Below, piece after piece: positions 1-9,459 of a DNA stretch of 64,000 nt. Position 1 is the first letter of the stretch; each line of letters opens with the position of its first letter. A program made the translations under genes and the position numbers. A model generated the notes under the pieces. It had not been told where the DNA came from, did not search any database, and saw nothing but the letters and a program-made list of their open reading frames with translations. Source of the stretch: Escherichia phage vB_EcoM_VR7; sequence record NC_014792.1. One strand, given 5' to 3'.

Positions 1-1375
1 ATTTAATTGTTTCGTTGAATTCTTCATCAAGCGTAAAACTATAATCAGCTTCCATAACTTTCAGATAAGCATTAATTTGCTTATTAAAGATAGGAATATA
101 TTTCTTAATAATCGCGCCTTTGATTCCAGAATCTTTCAACATATCCGTTAAGATACCACGTTGATATTTTTCCATAACAAGGTTTGATTTCTGTTTGACT
201 ATTTTATCAAGCTGGTCTTGAAGCGTTTTAATATCATCGGCATGGTCAATGAATTCAGACTTAGCTTGTTCAATTAACGTCTTAACCTTTTTAGCTTTAT
301 CCACAGTCTGGATTAACGTTTGTTTCTTAGTTTGAATCTCTTGAGCTATTGTACGTTGGTTTTGTCTTGCTTCAGCGTACGCATCAAATCGCTCCTGAAT
401 GGAGGCCTGGAGAGCTTTATGGCTATCAGACTCACGATTATACTCTTCAATCTTTGTCTCAATTCTGGGGACTATGGAGTCTCCTGGCGACAATTGACTC
501 AAACACGTTTGGCAACAACCGCCTTTCTCGTACAAACCGATTACTTTACGGAAGCTATCGATTTTCGATTTAATCAGGAAAGATTCTTGCTTGACTTTCG
601 TCAGTTCCTGTTCAGGGTCTTCACCCAAAATAATTTCGGTCAATCTTGTCGTTGCTTCATCAATCGTTGATTTGATATCACGTGCTTCTGAAGCCAAATC
701 ATCATACATCGTTTGCAACCGCAGCAGATTATCACCTGATAATTTTTTCTGCTTTTCAACGTTGTCCTGGTAGATTTTAATCTGTTGCACAACACCATCA
801 TGCTGAACATCAATCACCTGGATTTGGCTATTGACTTCGCGGATAAGAGATTTGTTCAGCTTATCCATATCAGCCAGTACAGAAACCTCTAACAGGTCTT
901 CGACAAGTTTTCTTCTTGCAGGAGTGGATAGGCCCATGAAAGGGGTATATCCAGCTGTGCCGAGTACGACAATCTGTTTGAAACTGGCGTATGACATTCC
1001 GATAAGCTGTTCAAATTCTGCTTGGAAATCTTTACTGCTGGCAGATTCATCAAGACGTTCACCGCCACAAGAGATTTCAAAAACATTGGGTTTTTGCCCG
1101 CGTTTGATATAGTATTCTTTGCCATCATATTCCATCCACAATTCAACGAGCATATCTTTTTTGTTGCTCGAGTTAATCAACTGCCCTTTCTTAACATCAC
1201 GAAAAGGCTTACCAAACAATGCAAATGTAACGGCTTCAAGGAACGTAGATTTCCCTGCACCGTTCTTTCCGGTCACCAGAGTTTTCTGAACCTTATCGAG
1301 TTGAACCGTAATTGCTTGCGCTCCAACTGACATGATATTTTTATAGATAACTTTTTTAAGCTTAAAAGTCTTCAT
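1..1375 (-). CDS. 46: Recombination endonuclease subunit gp46 (Rad50/SbcC-like ATPase), N-terminal ~458 codons; 3' end beyond window start
   Basis: Not in ORF track (no stop in window). Manual minus-strand translation from ATG at 1375: MKTFKLKKVIYKNIMSVG...GKNGAGKST (Walker A)...CCQTC (zinc hook); matches remembered T4 gp46 N-terminus. Confidence 0.85.
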   Translation of the reverse strand, partial: MKTFKLKKVIYKNIMSVGAQAITVQLDKVQKTLVTGKNGAGKSTFLEAVTFALFGKPFRDVKKGQLINSSNKKDMLVELWMEYDGKEYYIKRGQKPNVFEISCGGERLDESASSKDFQAEFEQLIGMSYASFKQIVVLGTAGYTPFMGLSTPARRKLVEDLLEVSVLADMDKLNKSLIREVNSQIQVIDVQHDGVVQQIKIYQDNVEKQKKLSGDNLLRLQTMYDDLASEARDIKSTIDEATTRLTEIILGEDPEQELTKVKQESFLIKSKIDSFRKVIGLYEKGGCCQTCLSQLSPGDSIVPRIETKIEEYNRESDSHKALQASIQERFDAYAEARQNQRTIAQEIQTKKQTLIQTVDKAKKVKTLIEQAKSEFIDHADDIKTLQDQLDKIVKQKSNLVMEKYQRGILTDMLKDSGIKGAIIKKYIPIFNKQINAYLKVMEADYSFTLDEEFNETIK

Positions 1376-1625
1376 CGTAATAAGCATCCTTGATGCAAGA
1401 TTCTGCCATATGAATTAATGTCTCTGGTGTATCATCTTCCATTACATTAAAGCTAAATTCTACAGCCCAATCAGTGACTACATAGACTTTGATAAGTTGA
1501 CCGGTTTCCCGGTCAGTAATAGCTTCAAACCAATACTTAATCGTATTCGGTTGGTTATCATCGTCAACCACATCACATTCGCGGATATGTTCAAGACACG
1601 CTTCATTAAAATCATAAAGTCTCAC
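1362..1625 (-). CDS. Hypothetical small protein (position of T4 46.1/46.2)
   Basis: 87-aa ORF tiling between gp47 and gp46, 14-nt overlap with gp46 start. Confidence 0.5.
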   Translation of the reverse strand: MRLYDFNEACLEHIRECDVVDDDNQPNTIKYWFEAITDRETGQLIKVYVVTDWAVEFSFNVMEDDTPETLIHMAESCIKDAYYDEDF

Positions 1626-2641
1626 GGTTGCACCTCAAGGTATAATTTGTTGGCCAATGCTTTAAGAGCTTTTGATTCTTTTTCATTGGCATCAGGTAAT
1701 GCATCGATATATTCTGCCATCATATCCGTTAAGCGTTTTATGTCTAGCTCTTCATCTGCATCTGTTGTGTCTACACTATTGTCAACCTTATTGACAATAC
1801 GCAAGTCATGCACGCGCTTTTCTAATTCAGATTCAAACTTGGTCAGTTCTTTATCGACTTTTTCTACAATAACACGGACTGATAAGTCTTTGAAGTCGTC
1901 GTAGTTAATAGTTTCGTTTGGATAGAAAATCTTCCGATGCCAGGTGGTTTCATTCGGAATAAATTTCATCTCTTCGGTTTCGGTATTAAATTCCCAGAAC
2001 CCGCGAGGGTCGTTCTCATCGCCTGCTGTTAATGTCCATGGTGTACCGATGTACTTAACGTTTGCAGCTTCTGAAATGGTATGGAAGTGTCCAGACCAAA
2101 CTTGCTTGTACTTCTTAAGGAAATCAGGCTCAAGCCCGTGTGATTTCAATCCTTTGTAGAAATAAAACCCGGTTAATTCCCAGTGACCGATGCAATATTC
2201 AGCGCCAGAGGTTTTGATGTGGTCATGAATAGCTGTCGCGTTCTCATCACACATCCATGGAATCATATCAATCTGACAGCCGTCAAAATCAACAGTCGTT
2301 GGCTTATCGTAGATTTTAACATGGTCATACTTATTCAGAAGTTCGGTGATAGCGTTAGGATGAATCTTATTCTTTAGATTCATGTCATGGTTCCCGATTA
2401 TCGTGTGCAGAGTAATTCCTGCTTCACGAAGGAGTTCCATAATCTCACGGCTGAATTCCATCGTCTTATGCGTCACGGCCTTACGGACATCAAAGATATC
2501 ACCGTATTGAATCCAGACTTTAATTCCATTCGCCTTAGAATATGCAATCGCCTGTAAAATACCATCGCGTTGAATGTTTTGAGCCCATGGGTCGTCAGCT
2601 TTGACACCCAAGTGCCAATCACCTAAATTTAAAATTTTCAT
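1622..2641 (-). CDS. 47: Recombination endonuclease subunit gp47 (Mre11/SbcD-like phosphoesterase)
   Basis: 339 aa; phosphoesterase motifs GDWHLG, GDIFD, GNHD; near-identical to remembered T4 gp47. Confidence 0.95.
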   Translation of the reverse strand: MKILNLGDWHLGVKADDPWAQNIQRDGILQAIAYSKANGIKVWIQYGDIFDVRKAVTHKTMEFSREIMELLREAGITLHTIIGNHDMNLKNKIHPNAITELLNKYDHVKIYDKPTTVDFDGCQIDMIPWMCDENATAIHDHIKTSGAEYCIGHWELTGFYFYKGLKSHGLEPDFLKKYKQVWSGHFHTISEAANVKYIGTPWTLTAGDENDPRGFWEFNTETEEMKFIPNETTWHRKIFYPNETINYDDFKDLSVRVIVEKVDKELTKFESELEKRVHDLRIVNKVDNSVDTTDADEELDIKRLTDMMAEYIDALPDANEKESKALKALANKLYLEVQP

Positions 2642-2690
2642 ATACTCTCCTCAGTTGGTTCATTTTATCATCCCGATTATAAAGCAAAAA

Positions 2691-2709
2691 AGGAAGCACT
2701 AGGCTTCCT
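2691..2709 (-). terminator. Hairpin (AGGAAGC/GCTTCCT) followed by U-run on minus-strand transcript
   Basis: Inverted repeat 2691-2697/2703-2709 with A6 on plus side (U-run for minus transcript). Confidence 0.35.
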
Positions 2710-2715
2710 TTCCAA

Positions 2716-2871
2716 TTAATACACCATACAGAGGTTCATGAGAAGACTTGAACTTGATGGTTTTATAGGTAATAGTACCTTCATTTTCTGCTTTAATACG
2801 AGCGGCTTCAAATTGAAGCATCATCTCATTTTTGTCAGATTTAATCTTATCAAAATCCGTCGAACTCGTCA
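2716..2871 (-). CDS. Hypothetical small protein (51 aa)
   Basis: Manual translation MTSSTDFDKIKSDK...; AGAGGG RBS 8 nt upstream; below ORF-track size cutoff. Confidence 0.3.
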
Positions 2872-2958
2872 TTCATACGCCCTCTTAAACCTTTTCGTAT
2901 TCGTCGTTCAAGCTATTAAAAATCCGGATGTTCGTCATTCATTAACCTTCTCCAAATC

Positions 2959-3162
2959 CTACCAGCGTTTCCACCATTTTTTAAGCTGGTGTGAATCAAC
3001 CCACACCTTCGCTACTGGCTCAATCTGAAAAATACCGTCAGAATACTGGTCAATCATTTTGTATTCGGTTTCAGTCTGCTTAATACAGATATTACCATAT
3101 GAGCGAAGTCTGAAAGCGGCTCCAACAAGAAGCCGTTTAAAAGGTTTATTTACTAATGCCAT
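2959..3162 (-). CDS. Hypothetical protein
   Basis: 67-aa ORF in minus-strand tiling. Confidence 0.4.
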   Translation of the reverse strand: MALVNKPFKRLLVGAAFRLRSYGNICIKQTETEYKMIDQYSDGIFQIEPVAKVWVDSHQLKKWWKRW

Positions 3163-3457
3163 TTACGATTTCCCAAATTTGCTTGCGAGTAGTTTCCCAC
3201 ATCAACTTAATCAGGTCTTCCGTAACTGGTTGGCGGTAAATTCCACGCAGTTTAACTAAAGCATATTTGTATGCTTCAAAATTGTTTTCCAGCACTGCCC
3301 CTTGAGCATGCTTATTCAGTCGTTCAATTTCACGAGCATTCTTTTTCAGAATCTTTGCTGCTTGGATGGTTGCTTCGAGTGCGTTCGCTTCTTCGAGACG
3401 TTCCTGTGCTTCTTCAATCTGCTTATCGGTCAGTTGAGAAATATCTGGAGCTTGCAT
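3146..3457 (-). CDS. Hypothetical protein (helical)
   Basis: 103-aa ORF, minus-strand tiling. Confidence 0.5.
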   Translation of the reverse strand: MQAPDISQLTDKQIEEAQERLEEANALEATIQAAKILKKNAREIERLNKHAQGAVLENNFEAYKYALVKLRGIYRQPVTEDLIKLMWETTRKQIWEIVNGISK

Positions 3458-3458
3458 A

Positions 3459-3710
3459 TTAATCCTTGGGAGTTAACTCAATTGTAAAATATAGATTAGC
3501 ATTATCCACATGATAACGGTAATCAACGTTATTATCCGGTGAAGTAAATTCCAGATTCCGGACGTTTAAAGGGTCGATATCAATTGGAAGACCTTTTATG
3601 TCTCGCAGATAAAGTTTAATGAAATATGGGAGCGCTGTAAAGTCTTCCTCGATTTTATCTAAAAAATCGGTAATATCAAATTGATGTTCCATATAAAAAA
3701 TCCAAATCAC
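3459..3710 (-). CDS. Hypothetical protein
   Basis: 83-aa ORF; overlaps gp55 3' end, true start may be internal Met. Confidence 0.4.
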   Translation of the reverse strand: MIWIFYMEHQFDITDFLDKIEEDFTALPYFIKLYLRDIKGLPIDIDPLNVRNLEFTSPDNNVDYRYHVDNANLYFTIELTPKD

Positions 3711-4233
3711 CCTCTTTATCCTTGGCGCTCTTATCAGACCCTGGCGCTTTAACTAAGGAGGATTCGTACTGTGTCATTTTGTCATAGATGTCCTGGATAA
3801 ATGTTTCGTCAGCCAGAGCCACCATATCGTCGTCACGTGAATCATACACGTTATGGACGAAGTAGCTATATTTCTTTGCCATTTCTTTACGTTCTTTTTT
3901 GATACGCTGAACGAAAGCATTGAAGCAAGCCATTGTTATGTAAGCATGTGGATTATCGTATTTTGTTTCGTCGAAGTTATGAAGACCTTTTATTGCGGCC
4001 TCAATTCCGTCCGCTATCATTTCCTGCTTCCAAGATTGGGTATATCCTGAAAAGTTGAAACGTTTAGACAGACCTTCGGCTATAAGCATAATTGCCAGAC
4101 CAATAACATCGTTCTGGCGAATAATTTTATTTGGGTCGGTGTTCGCATTCAGCTTCTGTTTCCACTCCGAAATAGCTTTCAGAAGCTCTTTATTATTTAC
4201 ATAGTTATTCTTGGTTAATTTAATTTCGTTCAT
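3676..4233 (-). CDS. 55: Late-transcription sigma factor gp55
   Basis: 185 aa; ...YVNNKELL...[35 protein letters not shown]... matches remembered T4 gp55. Confidence 0.9.
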   Translation of the reverse strand: MNEIKLTKNNYVNNKELLKAISEWKQKLNANTDPNKIIRQNDVIGLAIMLIAEGLSKRFNFSGYTQSWKQEMIADGIEAAIKGLHNFDETKYDNPHAYITMACFNAFVQRIKKERKEMAKKYSYFVHNVYDSRDDDMVALADETFIQDIYDKMTQYESSLVKAPGSDKSAKDKEGDLDFLYGTSI

Positions 4234-4256
4234 ATCGCCTCACTTAGTATATGAAT

Positions 4257-4283
4257 ATTATATCATCCTTGATACAAAGCGTT
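4257..4283 (-). promoter_or_regulatory. Middle-type promoter (MotA-box-like CGCTTTG, 12 nt, TATAAT) upstream of gene 55
   Basis: Minus sense CGCTTTGTATCAAGGATGATATAAT; contains AGGA-centred inverted repeat. Confidence 0.45.
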
Positions 4284-4548
4284 AGCGAAGTAAACAGTAA
4301 GCCTGGAAGACCTTCTCCATAATTGCCTTAAATTCGTGGATGTCAATATAAGGGATAACCTCAGCATCACTAATGAATTCCATCAGCCGGTCATGCTCGT
4401 TGTGGTATTGACCTTCATTCAACATGCTGATATGAGATTCCCAGGAGCCATACCCTTCTGCGTGTGGGAAGAATGTTATTTTCATGAATTCATCCACCCA
4501 AAACGTTCCCAGGTCCTGGACGGATATCATTGTATGATTGATGTGCAT
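4282..4548 (-). CDS. Hypothetical protein
   Basis: 88-aa ORF, tiling. Confidence 0.5.
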   Translation of the reverse strand: MHINHTMISVQDLGTFWVDEFMKITFFPHAEGYGSWESHISMLNEGQYHNEHDRLMEFISDAEVIPYIDIHEFKAIMEKVFQAYCLLR

Positions 4549-4814
4549 CAGTGCACCAATTGGGCAGCTTCTAAAACATCATCAAGCTTATCAAACTGGT
4601 CAACATAATCAATCCCACCAACTTCATCTTTGGCATACAACCAATACTGCTTGAATTCATATTCAATAATAAAGTGGTCGCCTTCAATCTGGAGGACACC
4701 AACATCATTAAATTGAACTGCGTAACCCGTAAAGCGGGTATCATTCAGGAGTTCTTCTTTCATAGTAATCATTTCCAGGTTTTTCTCATAATGAGAGAGT
4801 TTAATTTTAATCAT
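4548..4814 (-). CDS. Hypothetical protein
   Basis: 88-aa ORF, tiling. Confidence 0.5.
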   Translation of the reverse strand: MIKIKLSHYEKNLEMITMKEELLNDTRFTGYAVQFNDVGVLQIEGDHFIIEYEFKQYWLYAKDEVGGIDYVDQFDKLDDVLEAAQLVH

Positions 4815-5070
4815 TTAAGTAGTCCAGGAATTCGTCTAATGTCATGCCTTCTCCCCAAGCTTCCCAAGCATCGATTTTAGTGTACTTGGTTTTAGTGCGC
4901 ATAGGATAGATTCTGAATTCATATCCCATTGAAATGAAATAATTTAAAGTCCTTTGTAAATAGTAACCGTGACTAATTTTATGAGCTCGGCGAATTCCAT
5001 TAGCATACTTATGTTTGTAGGATACTATTACCGCAACACCTTCAGGTAATTCAATAGCAGGACACATCAT
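4807..5070 (-). CDS. Hypothetical protein
   Basis: 87-aa ORF, tiling. Confidence 0.5.
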   Translation of the reverse strand: MMCPAIELPEGVAVIVSYKHKYANGIRRAHKISHGYYLQRTLNYFISMGYEFRIYPMRTKTKYTKIDAWEAWGEGMTLDEFLDYLND

Positions 5071-5411
5071 TTTACGCCCTTAACAATTTTCAGGTCAACA
5101 AAACCTTTCTTGCGCTGGGAATTCATACGCTTGATGGCTTTGTCAGAAACTTCTTTGTTTTCACGTGGGAGCGGCAGACCAAACGCTACTACATCGAATT
5201 CGTTCAGGATATACTGAACAAGGCTTTCACGAATACGCGCTTTACCCATTGTCTGACCTTCTGCAATAATCAACTTCTGTACATCGCCTTCCCACTGGTC
5301 CAGAATCTCAGGGGTAACAAAACCAGATTTCATCAGAGTGTTAACTTTAGCAAATGCGAAATTAGCGATGATGTTAGTGATAGATGCAGTCATGATATAT
5401 TCCTCAGTCAA
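5067..5411 (-). CDS. Hypothetical protein
   Basis: 114-aa ORF, tiling. Confidence 0.5.
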   Translation of the reverse strand: MTEEYIMTASITNIIANFAFAKVNTLMKSGFVTPEILDQWEGDVQKLIIAEGQTMGKARIRESLVQYILNEFDVVAFGLPLPRENKEVSDKAIKRMNSQRKKGFVDLKIVKGVK

Positions 5412-5465
5412 TTAAATTAAAATTTTATTATCCTTGGGGTCATTATACCATGACCCCGTTGGTTT

Positions 5466-5663
5466 TTACTGCGCTTTAGCGGCTTTCCATCCTTCATACA
5501 TCATTGCGACGGATATTAATATTGCTCCTGAACAGCTTGAATATTTGTGATTCCAAAACCAGTTCAGAAAAACTTCGTCATCAATACCTTGGGCCATCAT
5601 ATTTTCAAAGAACTGACGACGAGCTTCGGCAATTCGCTGCGATAATTTAGATTCAGGATTCAT
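5466..5663 (-). CDS. Hypothetical protein
   Basis: Track ORF 5466..5711 trimmed to internal Met (MNPESKL) to remove overlap with upstream gene. Confidence 0.35.
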   Translation of the reverse strand: MNPESKLSQRIAEARRQFFENMMAQGIDDEVFLNWFWNHKYSSCSGAILISVAMMYEGWKAAKAQ

Positions 5664-5664
5664 T

Positions 5665-5889
5665 TTAAATTTTCCAATTGCCATTTTCATCAATGAATTT
5701 AATCCAGTCATTTACTGACCACTTAGTTGTATCACCCTTTGGAGTAACATTTAAAGTGTATAACCCCTGCTTAAAAAACATTCGTTTGATATTCATATTT
5801 TCCTCAGCTATAACGGTAACATTCATTTGATTTACGCTTTGCAACACGATGAGAAGTATTATAATCAAAATCATCCTCAACGTACACAT
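5665..5889 (-). CDS. Hypothetical protein (start probably internal, e.g. 5796)
   Basis: 74-aa track ORF; N-terminal part overlaps upstream gene by 86 nt. Confidence 0.3.
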   Translation of the reverse strand: MCTLRMILIIILLIVLQSVNQMNVTVIAEENMNIKRMFFKQGLYTLNVTPKGDTTKWSVNDWIKFIDENGNWKI

Positions 5890-6097
5890 CTTTTTTCAAC
5901 TGACGAACTTCTTTACGCAGTTGACGATTCATCTCATTCTTAACTTCTGAATCAACACCACGCATACGCTTCCATTTGTCTGAACGGAAGATATTTTCTT
6001 CAACTTGTTCCTGACTTACACCATCAGGCGCCTGACGACGCCCTGAATAATAAAAATCTTTTACAGACAATTCTTTGCGACGAATAGTTTTACCCAT
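5804..6097 (-). CDS. Hypothetical basic protein
   Basis: 97-aa ORF, Lys/Arg-rich. Confidence 0.45.
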   Translation of the reverse strand: MGKTIRRKELSVKDFYYSGRRQAPDGVSQEQVEENIFRSDKWKRMRGVDSEVKNEMNRQLRKEVRQLKKDVYVEDDFDYNTSHRVAKRKSNECYRYS

Positions 6098-6099
6098 AG

Positions 6100-6354
6100 T
6101 TACCTCAGCAGTTTGTATCCAATAAGATTTTTGATATACTGAATATCTTTGATACCCAAATCCAACTTAAGGTCTTTCAGACGTTCACTCAGGGTCAAAA
6201 AGGTTACGTGCTTCCAATTCTTCACTGGGCAACAATAAGTCTTAGGACCATTTGCAATTTCAATATTCTTATCAGTGACGGTGAGAAAAATCAGACGCTC
6301 ATCATCCAGATTAAGGGTAATGACATTTTTCATTGCGTGTAATTTCAGTCTCAT
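6100..6354 (-). CDS. Hypothetical protein
   Basis: 84-aa ORF, tiling. Confidence 0.45.
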   Translation of the reverse strand: MRLKLHAMKNVITLNLDDERLIFLTVTDKNIEIANGPKTYCCPVKNWKHVTFLTLSERLKDLKLDLGIKDIQYIKNLIGYKLLR

Positions 6355-6533
6355 AATTTAGGTCCTTTTGCAACTGTATTGAACAAGCTACGGTCACACA
6401 CCATCAACGGAGCATCAGGCCATTTCAAAGGACGATACCATACATCTTGGTCAGTCACTTTGGTTACCTGTACAGGATAGCCATTTACAGAATAATACCG
6501 GTCAACTTTAATTTCTTTATCTTGAATAACCAT
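6351..6533 (-). CDS. Hypothetical protein
   Basis: 60-aa ORF, ATGA-type coupling with downstream gene. Confidence 0.4.
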   Translation of the reverse strand: MVIQDKEIKVDRYYSVNGYPVQVTKVTDQDVWYRPLKWPDAPLMVCDRSLFNTVAKGPKL

Positions 6534-6564
6534 TTTGTTTTCCTCATCAGTAGTTGATGGGATA

Positions 6565-6594
6565 ATGATACATCATTCAAAGGGGCTTGTACAC
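6565..6594 (-). promoter_or_regulatory. Early-type promoter (GTGTACA ... TATCAT) overlapping a GGGG/CCCC hairpin
   Basis: Minus sense AAAGGGGTGTACAAGCCCCTTTGAATGATGTATCATTATCCCATCAACTACTG; cassette repeated elsewhere. Confidence 0.4.
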
Positions 6595-6600
6595 CCCTTT

Positions 6601-6918
6601 TTAATCTTCAATTAAGTCCTGGTCATACCCCAGGGATATCAGTTTTGTTTTAAAGGCAGGAATATTGGTCATTTTTTCATCATTGACAAAAATCACCGGG
6701 TAGCGAATGTTAAGGGTAGGATATCCAGCACGCTTAGCCAGAGACACGATTAAAGGCCTGTCATAAGCGATTTCAGAGCCTTGTTTGTTAAGGACTGAAT
6801 AGAATGTATAAGGAAGGTTTAAGGAGCCCAGAAGGCTCCTGACGTACATACAACCAGGACACCGCCCGACTTCTTCGGGAATGCCATAGATTTCAATTTT
6901 AGTCGAGTTTTGGCCCAC
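6601..6918 (-). CDS. Glutaredoxin/thioredoxin-fold protein with CPGC active site (NrdH-like)
   Basis: 105 aa; IEIYGIPEEVGRCPGCMYVRSLL. Confidence 0.55.
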   Translation of the reverse strand: MGQNSTKIEIYGIPEEVGRCPGCMYVRSLLGSLNLPYTFYSVLNKQGSEIAYDRPLIVSLAKRAGYPTLNIRYPVIFVNDEKMTNIPAFKTKLISLGYDQDLIED

Positions 6919-7198
6919 AGGAAATTACTCCTTGGTAGTTCCAGGTTTTAATAACTTCTTCATCACTGGTAGTTTCATACGGAATGTAAACCTGTATAAG
7001 GAAACCAGTGTCATCGAAAGAGAAATAAACTGTCGGTTTGATTCCATGAATCTCGGATTGAGCATAGATATCTTTAAGGTCTTCTTCCTTATCAGCAAAG
7101 AATTCCGGGTTCAGGTCACAGTCATGGAAGTACCATTCATCACCAAACTTGTCCCATGCGGTCCAATTAGTAGCTACATATTCTTCAAAACGTTTCAT
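6899..7198 (-). CDS. Hypothetical protein
   Basis: 99-aa ORF, tiling. Confidence 0.45.
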   Translation of the reverse strand: MKRFEEYVATNWTAWDKFGDEWYFHDCDLNPEFFADKEEDLKDIYAQSEIHGIKPTVYFSFDDTGFLIQVYIPYETTSDEEVIKTWNYQGVISCGPKLD

Positions 7199-7446
7199 TC
7201 TTTCACCTTCAGCATTTTTGCAATGGTATTATGAATAGCCTGGATTCTTTTGTTGAATTCAGAGCTTTCGAGGCCAGGATTAGTGCTTAACCAACCGATG
7301 ATAACAAACAGCAAACCAAACGGGATGGCCAGAATAAGCAGACAAACGATGAACAACACAAGCGTTATATTTGCCAGGATATCTGCCACCGCATTGCGAA
7401 AATTATTCATTAGAAAGGTCCTGTATTGGTTACGAGGAATAGCCAT
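7195..7446 (-). CDS. Hypothetical membrane protein
   Basis: 83 aa with hydrophobic stretch LVLFIVCLLILAIPFGLLFVIIGWL. Confidence 0.45.
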   Translation of the reverse strand: MAIPRNQYRTFLMNNFRNAVADILANITLVLFIVCLLILAIPFGLLFVIIGWLSTNPGLESSEFNKRIQAIHNTIAKMLKVKE

Positions 7447-7531
7447 TGAGAAGGATACTCGTCACCCATCAATCGTATTAAATTGTTTATAGCTTCGCCA
7501 ATACAATACACAATAATTCCATAAAAATTAA

Positions 7532-8005
7532 TCATTTAAGCGATTTCCTCAGTTGTTTTTTAAATGAAGCTTGTAGTTTAGGCTTCGTATCAGATTCATT
7601 ATAAGTCATGCCGTTCAAAAGCATTTCCTGAATCATTTCTTCTTTCCCCAGGCGACCGAACTCTTTGGCTTTGTCTGCCACAAAATTGGGGTGAATATTG
7701 TTTTCGGTATAATCAGATTTCAGATAGACAAGCAAACTCTCTAACCATTCCAGGTAGTCAACATTGCGACCTTTCAGACCCGAGCGGCTGAACTTATGCT
7801 TCATTTGTCCTTCTGTTCCATTGCACAGATTGCATAGTAACCCACGAACTTTACCGGCTTTTGGCCCGTTCAATTCGTGGTCATGGTCAAGATGGTTGGC
7901 CTGAACATCGGAGTCCAAATCACGGTGGCAAATTGGACACTTACCAGCTTGTGCATCATAAAGTTTTTGTTTTTCTTCTTTGTATAATTTGCCAGTCAAC
8001 AACAT
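7532..8005 (-). CDS. 49: Endonuclease VII (Holliday-junction resolvase) gp49
   Basis: 157 aa; MLLTGKLYKEEKQK...HLDHDHELNGPKAGKVRGLLCNLCN... matches remembered T4 gp49. Confidence 0.9.
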   Translation of the reverse strand: MLLTGKLYKEEKQKLYDAQAGKCPICHRDLDSDVQANHLDHDHELNGPKAGKVRGLLCNLCNGTEGQMKHKFSRSGLKGRNVDYLEWLESLLVYLKSDYTENNIHPNFVADKAKEFGRLGKEEMIQEMLLNGMTYNESDTKPKLQASFKKQLRKSLK

Positions 8006-8040
8006 AATAAACCCTTACCATTATTAGATAAGGGTATTTA

Positions 8041-8217
8041 TTAAATATTATAAAACGAGCGATGCAACCGTTTAAATTGTCGAATCATCTTTTTAGTAGG
8101 ACGAGTATATAATCCTACGCAGGTGACCATAAACCGGTCAGTAGGACTTCCTTTGATAAGAAGTTTCCAGACCTTACCACCATTTAACTTTTCGGTATAG
8201 ACTAATACAGTTTTCAT
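8041..8217 (-). CDS. Hypothetical small protein (58 aa)
   Basis: Manual translation MKTVLVYTEKLNGGKVWKLL...; TAATG overlap with upstream gene. Confidence 0.3.
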   Translation of the reverse strand: MKTVLVYTEKLNGGKVWKLLIKGSPTDRFMVTCVGLYTRPTKKMIRQFKRLHRSFYNI

Positions 8218-8489
8218 TAAACAATCCTAAAACAAGGATAATGACATTCAACGTTACCATTATCAATTATCATATACTCTGTGATACAAGTCCATGACCC
8301 TTCAATTTCTATGGTATCAAAAAGGTATTCATCTGCTTCAACAACGTCCCAAACATTACATTCAACATCAGGATCAAAACGTTGTCTTAACGCTTGGATA
8401 ACATCGCCATTTTTAAATCCTGTGTCTTGAAGCTCTTTCATAAAACCTGATTGAGCAGCAGCATGAATATTAACAATTTCTAAAAACAT
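8217..8489 (-). CDS. Hypothetical protein
   Basis: 90-aa ORF, tiling. Confidence 0.45.
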   Translation of the reverse strand: MFLEIVNIHAAAQSGFMKELQDTGFKNGDVIQALRQRFDPDVECNVWDVVEADEYLFDTIEIEGSWTCITEYMIIDNGNVECHYPCFRIV

Positions 8490-8662
8490 TAAAAGACCTC
8501 ATCAGAAAAGCGAAGTTGAGCTTCAAGCCAATGAATATAATCTGCTGCGGCAAAAATTAAAGCAGATTCTTCATCGGGTAACTTACGAGAATCCGACAGC
8601 TCGTAAAGAGAATGTTCAATTAAACGACCTTTATGTCGACCTACTTCAATTTTGGTACTCAT
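8489..8662 (-). CDS. Hypothetical small protein (57 aa)
   Basis: Manual translation MSTKIEVGRHKGRLIEHSLYELS...; TAATG overlap with downstream gene. Confidence 0.3.
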   Translation of the reverse strand: MSTKIEVGRHKGRLIEHSLYELSDSRKLPDEESALIFAAADYIHWLEAQLRFSDEVF

Positions 8663-8778
8663 ATCCAAACTCCATATCGATTAATTCATTGTTTGAAGGT
8701 TCATTATACTCTGTTTCGGAACCATTGTAAACAGGTTCCTCTGGCTCGACAGTTTCAAATCTACATACAAACCAAGGT

Positions 8779-9459
8779 TTATTCATTATTCTTTTTCCTA
8801 GCATCAGAAGCAGCTTTTCTTCTAGTTCTAGTCCTTTCTAAATCAGCAGCAATCAAATTAGCTATATTAGTAACCGGATTACCAAATTCATCATAAGTAA
8901 TATATTTCCAAGCATATCCAAATGTATGATTTCTCTCATTAAGCAGGCACCTTTTAATAGCGCTGCCTGCTTTATAAATTGAAAGAAATTTAGCTGCATC
9001 TGGTAAATAATCAAAAGTTTCTACCAATTCACCTGAACTTAAATCAAATGCACCAAAAAGCTCAATAGTGTATTTACTCCTATCAAGACTGGCTTTAGCT
9101 TCATGCTTTAAGTGGTTTATTTCTTTTAGAATTTTAAGGTCTAATTGTCCTGGTATTTTATCTATCTGTACACCCATTCTAGATAAAGCATACCCCATTT
9201 TATAGTTTCCTGATTTGGCCAACCAATAGTGAGCCATAATATGGCTTTCTATACTTAGATTTACAAGATTCCATTTAGACGTTTTAAATTCAGGAAATAA
9301 GGATTTAGGTAATATATGGTGAGACTCGGTTTTACCTTTTATTAAAGGCCCGGAAGACTCTATTAAAGAGAAATAGTTTTCAGCAAATTGCCAATAAGGC
9401 AATTTGCTTTTAAGAAGTTCTTTAATTTCGTCTAAGGTTTTAGTAGGCTTAACGGTCAC
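8779..9459 (-). CDS. HNH homing-endonuclease-like protein
   Basis: 226 aa; ESHHILPKS...NLVNLSIESH (HNH-type motif); AT-rich relative to neighbours. Confidence 0.6.
   Translation of the reverse strand: MTVKPTKTLDEIKELLKSKLPYWQFAENYFSLIESSGPLIKGKTESHHILPKSLFPEFKTSKWNLVNLSIESHIMAHYWLAKSGNYKMGYALSRMGVQIDKIPGQLDLKILKEINHLKHEAKASLDRSKYTIELFGAFDLSSGELVETFDYLPDAAKFLSIYKAGSAIKRCLLNERNHTFGYAWKYITYDEFGNPVTNIANLIAADLERTRTRRKAASDARKKNNE

Noticed and set aside
320-1330. Plus-strand ORFs (320..670, 349..573, 591..773, 831..1112, 1022..1330) at the window start
   Set aside because: They lie antisense inside the gp46 coding region, whose minus-strand translation gives a continuous Rad50-like protein; treated as shadow ORFs.
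5434-5456. Palindrome GGGGTCAT...ATGACCCC as a terminator
   Set aside because: It is not followed by a U-run on the minus transcript and contains a TATAAT; more likely part of a promoter, listed only in findings context.
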